NCBI GenBank assembly: GCA_965219415.1
Contig: OZ244742.1
Span: forward strand, 1,024,001 to 1,088,000
Length of the DNA: 64,000 bases
Direction: 5' to 3'
Source of the DNA: Candidatus Marinacidobacterales bacterium
GTDB taxonomy: Bacteria; Acidobacteriota; Vicinamibacteria; Marinacidobacterales; DATDRI01
Shown here: positions 9,780 to 20,257 of the stretch, piece after piece
How the letters are laid out: each line of letters begins with the position of its first letter
How positions within the stretch are numbered: position 1 is the first letter of the stretch
The notes under the pieces: generated by a model
What the model saw: only the letters and a program-made list of their open reading frames with translations
Databases searched by the model: none
What the model was told of the DNA's origin: nothing
Program-made: the position numbers and the translations under genes

Positions 9780-11665
9780 ATGAATGCAATGAGTGCCCTC
9801 GCCGATCCCGAATCGGGGTTGCCAGATCCCCGGCTCTTCGCTCGTCGGCTTCACCTCGCGGAGCCCGACTACACGCGCCCTTTGCTCGAACTGAGCCCCA
9901 AGCAACGCCAAGACATCACGCGCAAGCTCGTCCTACTGTACGGGAAGGAGCGCGCCGAGGCCTGTTTCGAGGAGCTCGAACGGATCATGAGGGTCTACTA
10001 CGCGCACAAGACACCCGAAACGCTGGAGGCGGAAAAAAACCTCGCCCCCGCCGAACGTTTCACGGAAAAAGACATGATCTTGATCACCTACGGGATCTGA
10101 TCACCAGTCCAAAGAAGAAACCGCTTCGCGCCCTATCCGATTTTCTCACCGTCTTCATGGGCTCGATCATTAATACCGTTCATATTCTTCCCTTCTTCCC
10201 TTCGTCGTCCGACAGAGGTTTTTCCATCATCGATCATGAAGAGGTCGACCCGAGTTTAGGAAGCTGGGACGACATCGAGGAGCTCAGCCTGCGGTTCCGC
10301 CTGATGTTCGACGGCGTCTTCAATCATGTTTCAGCTTCGAGTCGCTTGTTTCAGGAGTTCCTAAACGGTAACCCCAATTTCCGAGACTTCTTCATCCGGT
10401 TCTCGACACGTGAGGAGATCAGCGCAGATCACCTGCGCTTGATCCTTCGGCCTCGGGTTACCGATCTCTTGACTGGCTTCCACACAATCGCCGGGAGGCG
10501 GTACGTCTGGACGACGTTCGGTCCCGATCAGATCGACTTGAATTTCAAGAACGAGAGAGTATTCACACACATCGTCGAAATACTTCTCTACTACGTTAGG
10601 CGAGGCGCCGATCTCATCCGGCTGGATGCGATCACTTACCTTTGGTCAGAGCTCGGAACCACTTGTGCCCATCTTCACCAGACACATGCGGTGGTGCAGC
10701 TCTTCCGATGCATCCTCGACGTGGTCGCCCCCAATGTCAGTCTAGTTACCGAGACGAACGTGCCCCATGAAGAGCTCATCACCTACTTCGGCAAGGGAAC
10801 CGATGAAGCACAGATGGTCTACAACTTTGCCCTCCCGCCGTTGGTCCTGCTTTCGTTTCAGGAGGCCAACTGCGAGTTGCTCTCGCAATGGGCCGAGAAG
10901 TTGGAGAACCCGTCCGATACCGCGACCTACTTCAATTTTCTCGACTCTCATGACGGCATCGGGCTCCTCCCGATAAAAAACTTCGTTAGCACGGAAAGAC
11001 TGGACGGCCTGGTAAAAAGGGCGCTTGCCAACGGAGGAATCATTTCCTACCGCGAAGATGCGGAGGGCAAAATGAGCCCGTACGAGATCAATGCGACCTG
11101 GTACAGCGCATTGAACGGGGCGGGCGAGGAAGACATCGATCTGCAGGTCGATCGGTTCCTCGCTTCGAGGGCCATCGCACTCGTTCTCCAGGGCGTTCCG
11201 GGCACCTACCTCCCCAGCTTGCTCGGCGCCCAAAACGACTTGGCATCGGTACTCGAGAGCGGTGAACCGCGTAGCATCAATCGAAAGAGCATCGATGAGG
11301 AAGCTCTCATCGAAAAGTTGGGCGATCGGACGTCGTCCACGTACAAAGTCGCCAGCCGCTTTCGGGAGCTTATTGAAAAACGTACCGAGACGCCGGCGTT
11401 CCATCCGAATGGTGCGCAGCGCATCTTGATGAGCAACCCGGCCGTCTTTTCCCTCGTCCGAGTTTCCACCGATGGCAAGCATCGCGTGTTGGCCCTGACC
11501 AACGTCAGCGCCGATACTCAAGAGGTCTCGTTCTCCAAGGCGGAGGTCGGAGTGGGCACCCGAACCTGGAGGGACATCCTCACCGGCCGCACACAGAATT
11601 CCTCGTCGGGCGACTTGCAAATTACCTTGGAACCCTACCAGAACCTGTGGTTAACGCCGGCCTGA
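9780..11665 (+). CDS. GH13_18 sugar phosphorylase (sucrose/glucosylglycerate phosphorylase-like), one frameshift near 10093
   Basis: MILITYGD split across frames; HILPFFPSSSDRGF, RLDAITYLW, TETNVP, NFLDSHDGIG, YEINATW. Confidence 0.85.
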
Positions 11666-11667
11666 TA

Positions 11668-12342
11668 TCAAACCAACCGCTCCGCCAAATCCTCCAGCGT
11701 CGAGAACTCTTTATCCGGGCGCGCGTCACCGGAAGGAGCCTCTCCCTTGCGGTTGATCCAAACCACTGGAACGCCGAACGCCACAGCCGGCACGACATCG
11801 TGGAAATAACTCTGCGCGGCGTGGAGCCAACCGGTGGTGCCGGAAGCCTCCATCCATTTGCGAGCCTCGCGAAAATGCGGGAGGGCGGGCTTGTAGGACC
11901 TCACTTGCTGGGCGGTCACCAGGAGATCGAAGTCGACTGAGAAATGTTTCAGCGTACCGGCCAACAGATCATCGTCGACATTCGACAAGATGCCGAACTT
12001 AGCGCCGGAGGCGGCAAGGCGGCCGAGCGCGGCGTTGGTGTCGGGGAAGGGACGCCAGCTGGGAAGGCTCTCGGCGAGAAAGCTCGCCCGATCCTTATTG
12101 ATGTGCCAACCGAGTCGTCCTGCGACCCGAAGCGCCGTCTCGTCGAGGACCCCGCGGTAGCTTCGGTACGTCTCTGCCTCGACGGTGGGCTCGATCTCCT
12201 CGTAGGCCTCGAGCACGCTCTGCCTCTCGAGCTTCAAACCATCCTGGGCGGCGGCCTCCAGAAAGGCTCCGCTGATGCCGCCCTCCCAGTCGATCAACGT
12301 TCCATAGCAATCGAATGTGATGACTTCGTACGATCCGGGCAC
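11668..12342 (-). CDS. HAD-superfamily haloacid dehalogenase type II-like hydrolase
   Basis: FDCYGTLIDWE, LSNVD, SYKP, HAAQSYFHD. Confidence 0.9.
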   Translation of the reverse strand: MPGSYEVITFDCYGTLIDWEGGISGAFLEAAAQDGLKLERQSVLEAYEEIEPTVEAETYRSYRGVLDETALRVAGRLGWHINKDRASFLAESLPSWRPFPDTNAALGRLAASGAKFGILSNVDDDLLAGTLKHFSVDFDLLVTAQQVRSYKPALPHFREARKWMEASGTTGWLHAAQSYFHDVVPAVAFGVPVVWINRKGEAPSGDARPDKEFSTLEDLAERLV

Positions 12343-12713
12343 CAGAGACCTCCTTTACTTCGGCCCATTCGGGGAATCGCCCTCGAGATGCTGGTGTAGC
12401 GGCTCTATCAAAAGATCGAATCGTCCAGCCAACCGATCGCGATCGCACAAAAGATGCACGAGTCCCACTAATCTTCCGCCACGGAACGAGTTAGCAATGT
12501 CGCTTTGGTGCGTTAGGCCGATGGTCCGTGGCTGTAGTTTCCGGCTCCAACTCTCCGGATCTTATCACCGGCGAGCAGTTTCCCCTTGAAACTGAGTGGT
12601 TTTGACTAGGCTGGAAACTCCGTATTTTTCCGGGTGGTGAAGGAGACCCAATAGCCTAAGATCCTGCGTCAATGGGTCTGAGCCACGATGCCACCCTCTC
12701 AAAATGGATGACG

Positions 12714-12984
12714 CTAATCAAAGCAATCTATCCTCCTTGGTCTATCGCAGAGGCTAGCCTCGCCATGGGCCTCGTACCGAGACATCCATTTGTAGAAGGT
12801 CTTCCGCGAGATCCCGAAATATCTACAAGTTTTTGAGACATTATGAGTCGTTTCGGCTGCGTGACGAATGATCTTCATTCGCCAGTTCACCAGTCGCTGC
12901 CGTTCCGTCTTCTTCATAGTTGCACTACCTCCCTGTAGCGCTTAAAAGAAGACTAGTGTGTCACCTAGGTCCTGGGGTTTTACA
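12714..12984 (-). mobile_element. IS481-family remnant (left end and HTH fragment)
   Basis: TGT-starting end (TGTAAAACCCCAGG); NVSKTCRYFGISRKTFYKWMSRY HTH; truncated. Confidence 0.75.
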
Positions 12985-13201
12985 AAAAAAAGCCTTGACA
13001 GCTTTCGCGCAACAAATTGCATCGCGATGACGCCGCCTTCAAAAACATCGCTCACGTTCGCTACGCAGCGTCCTGCTGCACTGACCACGCCTTTTTTGAT
13101 TTTTGTTTCATGTCGATCGGGTGTCGCCTTCCTTTCGCGAACTCCGGGCGTTCTAAAACCCCGGAGTATAATTTGGTTACTAACTCTTTGGGGGGTAGAC
13201 G

Positions 13202-13987
13202 ATGCTCGAAAGATTCAAAAACTACTTCGGAAAGCTCGAACGTCTGTCTGACGGCGAGCTGGATCGGCCCGCCTTCGCTCTTCGAGCTTCGGCGAGGCCA
13301 AGCCGAAGCCTTGGCGTAGGCTGGTCGGCGGAGAAACTGGTCTGCGCCGAGAAACAAAACGTTGCCCAGCTGATCGCCCATATCGCCGAGATGTCGAGAC
13401 GGAAGGTCGCGCTCGAGCTCGGTTACAAGAGCACGTTTCACTACTGCGTCGAGCGGCTTCGTCTGAGCGAGGGCTCGGTCGCATCACGAATTCACGTCGC
13501 GAATGTTTCGATTCGCTTCCCTTAACTGCTCGTCGCGCTGGCCGAGAACCGTATCAGCCTCACGGTTGCGGGTCTTCTGGCGCCTCATCTGAGTGAGGAC
13601 AATGTCGATACGCTCCTTGGAGATTGCGCCGGGATGACCAAGAAGGCGGTACTAGAGTATCTCGTTCGCATCGAGCCCAAACCGGTGTTCGAGCCGTCGA
13701 TCCGAAGACGCCCCGCCAGGCCGCTGCCGGTGGAGGCAGCGCCAACGGAAAGACCAACGGCCCCTCCGCGCGAGTTGACGATGAGGACGCAGCAGCTGTC
13801 GCCGAGCTCGCCCAACATCCTCCAGCCAGCCCAGCCCACCGCGTTCAACTTCAGATTCTCGGCCAACCGGAGCTTCAAAGAGAAGTTCGAGCGACTGGCT
13901 GAAGTCATGGGCGTCGAGAATGCTCAAAAGCATATGGCGGAGATCTTGGAGCAAGCTCTGGACGTTGCCCTCGATAAGAAAGAGCTC
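13202..13987 (+). pseudogene. DUF222/HNH-endonuclease-associated protein; in-frame TAA at 13523, no C-terminal HNH domain
   Basis: LIAHIAEMSRRK, LGYKSTFHYCVERLRLSEG; frame continues FP*LLVALAENRISLT into ORF 13634; ends at a junction. Confidence 0.65.
13268..13324. repeat. 57 bp palindromic mini-element, inserted in-frame
   Basis: CCCGCCTTCGCTCTTCGAGCTTCGGCGAGGCCAAGCCGAAGCCTTGGCGTAGGCTGG; related copy at 46433. Confidence 0.7.
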
Positions 13988-15657
13988 CCGTCCAATGGAC
14001 CAATCATCCGCTGCCGTCTTCGGGAGAGAGATTGACGTGGTCCCCCGACGGCCAGTCGATCGCGTTCGTCTCCGCGACCCCGGGTCCGGAAACGGACGAT
14101 GCGAGCGCAGATCCGGTGGTGATCACGCGCTACCTTTACAAGCCAACGGCGTCGGAAGGATTGACGCGGTTCAACGACAACCGCCGGGTGCACATCTTTA
14201 TCGTAGAGCTTGAGACGAAAAAAGTGCGCCAGGTCACGCGCGGTGAGTACTACGAACACTCGGTCGATTGGTCACCCACCGGTGAAAAGATACAGTTCGT
14301 TTCCAACCGGGAGCCTAACCCTGATCAGTTCTTCAACTACGACATCTTCACCGTCAACGTCGACAACGGCTCCATCCGAAGGCTCACCCGAACCGAGAGC
14401 GCCGAGTATCGGCCGAGATGGTCTCCCGACGGCGAGTCCATTTCTTATCAGGGTACGCGACGGGGGCTGACCTCGTCCGAGACAACGATGGAGGACACTC
14501 ACATCTGGCGCATGGACGCCGACGGCGAGAATCGAAAGGAGATCGGAGCCGGCATAGACAACCGTCAGGGGGCTCCGGGTTGGTCATCGGATGGTCGATC
14601 CGTTTACGCGACGGTTCAAGAACGAGGCAACATCCGACTCTACCGGCTCCCTGTCTCCGGAGGCGCGCCCGAAGTCATCGTCGGTGACATCGGAACCGTT
14701 CGCTCGTGGTCGCTAGCGAGAGACGGTGCGGTCGCCTATGGTCTGGACTCACCGGGCGACATGCGTCAGCTCTATCTCAAGAAAAATGGGGTTGTCGAAA
14801 AACTCACCGAGCTCAACCGCGAAATCTTGGCTGCACGCCAGGTTGCCAAGGTCGAAGCTATGCAGTTCTTGAGCTTCGATGGCGTTGAAGTCGAGGCATA
14901 CGTTGTCCATCCGCTCGGTCGGACGCCTGGCTCGAAACACCCACTCATCGTGATGATCAAAGGCGGACCGCACAGCCAGCGCGGATCGAGCTTCAACTTC
15001 AAAGCACAGGCCTACGCTGGCCACGGGTGGGGCGTGATCATGGTGAACTACCGCGGCTTGACCGGCTATGGCCAAGCCTTCGCCGACGCCATTTTCGGCG
15101 ACCAGAACGGTGGCGAAGCCAAGGATGTGATCTACGGTGTGCAGGCGGCCGCCCGTCGCTACGACTGGGTCGACTCGGATCGGCTCAGCATCGAGGGCGG
15201 AAGCTACGGAGGGCAGCTCAGCAACTGGATCATTACACAAACACCGATGTTCAAAGCCGCCATCCCCATCGCGAGCATCTCGAATCTGATCAGCTTCAAC
15301 TATATGGCCTATTATCATGACTATTTGGCGGTCGAGTTCGGGGCGCTGCCCCACCAAGATGATTTGATGGACGTCCTTTGGGAACGTTCGGCACTGAAGC
15401 ATGTCGGCAACGCAAAGACCCCGACCATGCTAGTCCACGGAGAGAACGACAACGACGTTCCGATCGCGGAAGCCGAACAGTATTACATCGCCCTAAAGGA
15501 TGTCGGTGTCGAAACCATCATGGTGCGATACCCCCGGGAAGGCCACGGAGTTCGGGAGATCGGCCACCAAGTAGATCTCATCGATCGCAGCATAAACTGG
15601 TACACGAAGCACTTCCCTTCGCACACATCGACGGCAGCCCCGACGGCGTCCAAATGA
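13985..15657 (+). CDS. S9 prolyl oligopeptidase/acylaminoacyl peptidase, 5' part missing
   Basis: PD40-like WSPDG repeats, GGSYGG nucleophile, HGENDNDV, EGHG; frame begins PVQWTNHPLPSSGERL with no signal peptide or start. Confidence 0.88.
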
Positions 15658-15670
15658 TTTTCGACTAGAC

Positions 15671-16236
15671 ATGGGCTTCTACGACACAGAAGGGGGCGTC
15701 AAAGAATACGTGGAGATGGCCGAGGGGTATGACGGAGCCGAGCTCGTCGAAGTCCTTAAGAAACATCTACCCGAAGGCTCGACCGTTCTCGAGCTCGGAA
15801 TGGGCCCCGGGAAGGACCTCGCTCTTATCAGCCGGTCCTACACGGTCACTGGCTCCGACAGCTCAGCGGCTTTCTCGATCTCTATCGACGAAAGAACAGC
15901 CAGGCCGATCTACTCGTGCTCGATGCCCGAACCATGGCGACGGATCGAAAGTTCGACTGCATATACTCCAACAAAGTGCTGCACCACCTTACGAAGGACG
16001 AGTTGACGACATCCCTTCAGAAACAAAGGGAGGCGTTGAACACCGACGGCCTGCTAATGCATTCTTTCTGGTACGGGACCAAAGAGGAGGAGTACGAGGG
16101 TCTCCGGTTCGTTCATTACACCGAGCAGGAGCTAGAGGAGCTCGCAGCCAATGGCTACCAAGTCCTAGACATGAAGCGCTACGAAGAGATGGCCCAAGAC
16201 GACTCCATCTATTTGCTCGTCAGAAGGACTAAATGA
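15671..16236 (+). CDS. Class I SAM-dependent methyltransferase, frameshift near 15872
   Basis: VLELGMGPG; second frame FDCIYSNKVLHHL. Confidence 0.8.
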
Positions 16237-16265
16237 CCAGCCGAGAATAACAAGGAGGTAAGACC

Positions 16266-16737
16266 ATGTCAGCCAAACCAGTTCCCGAGGGTTATCACAC
16301 CGCCACACCGTATTTGATCATCAAGGGAGCAGCCAAAGCGATCGAGTTCTACAAGAAGGCTTTCGGCGCCACCGAGCTGTTGCGGTTGGCGGCTCCGGAC
16401 GGGAAGCTCGGACACGCCGAGATCAAGATCGGTGACTCGCCCATCATGTTGGCGGACGAGCAGCCGGAGATGAAAGCCCTCAGCCCGGAGTCACTCGGTG
16501 GCTCGCCCGTCTCGATGCTCCTTTACGTCGAGGACGTGGACGCCCGATTCAAGCAGGCCATCGCGGCCGGGGCCACCGAGGTGAGGCCGGTCGCGGATCA
16601 ATTCTACGGAGATCGGTCCGGGATAGTGAAAGACCCCTTCGGGCACACGTGGTCCCTTGCCACCCATGTCGAAGACTTAAACCCCGGAGGAGATCGACAA
16701 GCGGTTTTCCGAGATGGCGAAACAGCAGGGCGGCTGA
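16266..16737 (+). CDS. VOC/glyoxalase (PhnB-like) protein, frameshift near 16680
   Basis: AIEFYKKAFGA, HAEIKIGDS, DQFYGDRSG..KDPFGHTW. Confidence 0.88.
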
Positions 16738-16825
16738 GGTCTCGCTGCTTTTGGAGACCCAGCGCTCGGGTGCTATGCTGCGGGAACGATGAGCGGGGGG
16801 AGCGCTTTGAGTTATAGGAGCACGT

Positions 16826-17654
16826 ATGAACATCCTGCTCTCGCTTGCATGGTCCGCGCTAGCTTTTGCCCTAATCGTCGGTCTCCCGAGTCATCTTCTC
16901 GCCCAAACTAACCCGGCAGATGCCCTAGTCGGTGTCTGGGAAGGTACCAAGCTAGACGGCCGTAACAACCAGTGGGATCTTTTCGGGCCCTTCGAGATTG
17001 AGAAGGACTCGGACGGGATCGTGGTGACCTACTTAGGGAGCCGAGTCGGCGACCGCGACCACCGGATGCACGAGCCCACCTTCAAAGCATCAAGCCTCAG
17101 CATGCAGTGGGGTAGTTGGGGCGGTTGGGTCTTCGAAGCCAAGCTCGTCGACGACTCGCTCCAGGGCCACCTCCGCCACCACGGGATGTCAGAGGCATTC
17201 ACGCTGACTCGACTGGTGGAGCGCACCGACCAGGAGATCGTCGAGCAGTTTGCCTCCAGTTCGGCCCGCAAAGGTGCCTCCCTCCCCAAGCCAATTCATC
17301 AGCATCCTCTTAAACAACGGGCCCGAGGCGGCCATGGAAATCTACGATGGCGTCAAGGAGCAGAATCCGGACTACTCGTTGTTTGGGTCGGGCTCCATCA
17401 ACGGGCTCGGGTATCGCCTGCTTCAGCAGAAAAAACCCGGGCAAGCCGTCGAAGTCTTTAAGTTCAACGTGCTCGCATACCCCGACGATCCCAACTCCTA
17501 CGATAGCCTCGGCGAAGGCTACATGAGCAACGGCGACAAGGAGCTGGCGATCGAAGCGTTCAAGAAGTCACTCTCGATGAACCCCCCGGCGAACGTCCGG
17601 GCGAACTCCATCAAGTTTTTGAACGAACTGGGCGTCGAGTACGACGGAACGTAG
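16826..17654 (+). CDS. Secreted protein with C-terminal TPR, frameshift near 17280
   Basis: Signal peptide; INGLGYRLL...NSYDSLGEGY TPR in the second frame. Confidence 0.7.
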
Positions 17655-17657
17655 GCT

Positions 17658-19433
17658 CTAGAGACCGTGGCAGTTCCGGCAAACCGCGGCCTGCCGAATC
17701 GGAGCGGTCCGATGCCGACCCTCTTCGTAAGGGAAGAGCTCCCCGTGACACTGGACGCACTCCGCCTTACGTTCCAAGACCACGCCGTGAGCCAGCTCGA
17801 AGTGAAGATAGCCTAGCCTTTTCGACCCAACGAGCGTCTCAAGGTCATGGCACTTCGTACACTGAGCGCTGTCCACCGCGTAGACCTCTACCTCTAACAT
17901 GGCCTCCTCGGGCGCTGGGGCCGGCGCCGCTCGTCGGCGTCCATTCGCTGGAAGCTGCGCCAACGCCGTTCGCCCCGCCATGCGGCCGGTCACGATGGAT
18001 GGCCCGAGAAAGGTGCCTTCCAGTCCGGCCTTGCCATTGATACCGGCGAGCCCCGACGCTTCCCCGGCGGCATAGAGACCCGGAATCACTTCTCCCTCCT
18101 TATCCAAGACGCGGGAGCCGGTGTCGACGGCGATCCCTCCCATACTCTTGCGTGCGAGCGGATACTTCCGGATAGCGTAAAAAGGCGGGACCTCTAACGC
18201 CTTCACGTCCCGACAACGCGGGTCGTTACCGAGAGCGAGGCGATCGAAATCGGTATCTTTTTGCCGCTTCACCATCTGGTTGAAGCGGGCCACGGTTCGT
18301 TTCAGGGCATCTTCTGGAAGGCCGGTGGCAGCCGCCAGGCCCTCGAGCGTTTCCGAGGTCTTGGTGAGCTCCTCGTTTTGAAAGATGAGGCGCTCGACTT
18401 TTTCATCACTCCAACCCGAGCCCGTCACTAGGTGATCCTTCTTGCCTTCCGAGTCGAAGACCGCCCAATAGCTACCGGTCGGCTGTCTCAAGAGAGCGGG
18501 AAGCGTGTACTTGGCGGAGAGACATTCGTTGACGAATCGCTCTCCTTCCATGTTCACGAAGATGGAGTCGAACGCTATCGCGTTGACCCCCCGAATCCCC
18601 TCCTCGTAACGAGGATCGGGGAGCCCGGTGACGTAGTTCCATTGGTGATCGAGCCGATGGAATTGTGCGCCGACTTTCTCGGCAAGCTCCAAACCGTATC
18701 CTTGAGAGTTCCATTCCGAGCCCGCGAGAATGCGCTCCGGAAAAGGCATGTCTTTGTCCCAAAACTCTCTGACCTTTTCTAGATTGCTCTGAAAACCACC
18801 GGTGGCGATAACGACTCCCCTCGCGCGACGCTCGACCGCTTCACCGCTTCGAACGTTCGTTCCCCGAACACCCACCACACTCCCTTCTTCCACGAGCAAG
18901 TCGTCGACGCGTGTATTCCACCGGAAGCTCACGTTCCCGCTCTTCAAGTTTGCGAGATAGATTGGCGTCACCAGCCCGAGCCCGCGGCCGACTTCGTTGT
19001 GAAATCGCACCACGCTGTTGCCGGGATGGAACATCATCCCTTGGAACTCCACTCCCAACTCGGTGAGCCAGTCGAACACCTCTTCCCGCGAGTTCTCGAC
19101 GTAGTAACGTACCCAATCCGGATCGGCATCCTCTCCCCAGTTCATGAAGTCGCTATAGGCGAGCTCGACGCTGTCTTCGATCCCGGCCGCCTGCTGAATG
19201 GGGCTTCCGACGATGGCGAGGCCGCCATGAGCCACGACCGCGTGGCCGCCGAAAACGGAGCCCATGTCGATGACTTCCACCCTGGCACCACCCCCCGCCG
19301 CCTCGAGAGCGGCCGAGAGGCCCGAGATTCCGGCACCGACCACGATGAGGTCGGGCTGGGTTTCTCGCCCACACGCCGGCGACAGAGTGACAGCAAGAAG
19401 AAGCGTGAAGAGTGACTTCCTAGAGAAGTTCAT
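17658..19433 (-). CDS. FAD-binding_2 flavoprotein (flavocytochrome c-like) lipoprotein with C-terminal triheme domain
   Basis: Lipobox-like SPAC, GAGISG, ATGGF, SMGGI, GLYAAGE; CTKCH, CVQCH, CRNCH. Confidence 0.85.
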   Translation of the reverse strand: MNFSRKSLFTLLLAVTLSPACGRETQPDLIVVGAGISGLSAALEAAGGGARVEVIDMGSVFGGHAVVAHGGLAIVGSPIQQAAGIEDSVELAYSDFMNWGEDADPDWVRYYVENSREEVFDWLTELGVEFQGMMFHPGNSVVRFHNEVGRGLGLVTPIYLANLKSGNVSFRWNTRVDDLLVEEGSVVGVRGTNVRSGEAVERRARGVVIATGGFQSNLEKVREFWDKDMPFPERILAGSEWNSQGYGLELAEKVGAQFHRLDHQWNYVTGLPDPRYEEGIRGVNAIAFDSIFVNMEGERFVNECLSAKYTLPALLRQPTGSYWAVFDSEGKKDHLVTGSGWSDEKVERLIFQNEELTKTSETLEGLAAATGLPEDALKRTVARFNQMVKRQKDTDFDRLALGNDPRCRDVKALEVPPFYAIRKYPLARKSMGGIAVDTGSRVLDKEGEVIPGLYAAGEASGLAGINGKAGLEGTFLGPSIVTGRMAGRTALAQLPANGRRRAAPAPAPEEAMLEVEVYAVDSAQCTKCHDLETLVGSKRLGYLHFELAHGVVLERKAECVQCHGELFPYEEGRHRTAPIRQAAVCRNCHGL

Positions 19434-19514
19434 ATCGACTCCTAGCCGAAAACAGGCGGTTTTCGCGGGCTATCTTATCCTGCGCCGAGGAGCCGAGTCG
19501 CTCGAATTTTTCGC

Positions 19515-19553
19515 TTGACAGGACCCTTCTGAACATACACACTGGTTGGTATG
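19515..19553 (+). promoter_or_regulatory. Sigma70-like promoter with leaderless start and overlapping TetR operator
   Basis: TTGACA-17-CACACT, 7 nt before ATG; imperfect palindrome CATACACACTGGTTGGTATG. Confidence 0.6.
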
Positions 19554-20171
19554 ACAAAGAAGGACCCAGACGGGACGCGCCAGAGAATCCTCGACGCCGC
19601 CTTTCAGGAAATCTATGAGAAGGGCTTCCGAGCCGCGAGCATTGACCAGATCTTGGCCGATACCGGCCTTACAAAGGGCGCTTTGTACCACCATTTTCCG
19701 AATAAAAATGCGTTAGGATATGCAATCATTGACGAGGTCGTTCGGGGAATGATCGACGAAACATGGATTCGGCCGATGGAAGGGGCGGCCCACCCCGTCG
19801 ATGGGCTCATTTCGACGCTGAGAGGGCTCACCCCCGAACAAATGGGCATGGCCTGTAACTATGGATGCCCATTGGCAAATTTGGCTCAGGAGATGTCCCC
19901 GATCGATGAAGGCTTTCGAGTCCGCATCGAGGCTGCCCTCGATGCCTGGCGCGACGGAATCACCGATTCACTGCTCCGGGGACAGGGCGCGGGCCAGGTT
20001 CGAACCGACATCGACAGCCACAAAGTGGCCGCCTTTATCGTTGCCTCCATCGAGGGAACCGCGAGCATGGCCAAGAACTCCCAAGACCCTTCCATGGTGG
20101 AATCCTGCATGGACAGTCTCGTTCTTTACCTCGAAACGCTACGGGTCCCGGCCCCTGTAGCCGCCGCCTAA
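19551..20171 (+). CDS. TetR/AcrR family regulator
   Basis: ILDAAFQEIYEKGF...TKGALYHHFPNK; GCPL C-terminal motif. Confidence 0.93.
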   Translation: MTKKDPDGTRQRILDAAFQEIYEKGFRAASIDQILADTGLTKGALYHHFPNKNALGYAIIDEVVRGMIDETWIRPMEGAAHPVDGLISTLRGLTPEQMGMACNYGCPLANLAQEMSPIDEGFRVRIEAALDAWRDGITDSLLRGQGAGQVRTDIDSHKVAAFIVASIEGTASMAKNSQDPSMVESCMDSLVLYLETLRVPAPVAAA

Positions 20172-20213
20172 TCATCCCAAAATGACCCCACTTCGCGTTC
20201 CTAGCGCCATATA

Positions 20214-20233
20214 CATACCAACCGATATGAATG
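20214..20233. promoter_or_regulatory. Second putative TetR operator
   Basis: CATACCAACCGATATGAATG shares the GGTTGGTATG half-site with 19534-19553. Confidence 0.6.
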
Positions 20234-20257
20234 TAAATTGTCAATCGGAGGAAAAAA

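Noticed and set aside
13523-13525. In-frame stop as recoding
   Set aside because: It is TAA (probably from CAA) in an already truncated gene; no recoding signal
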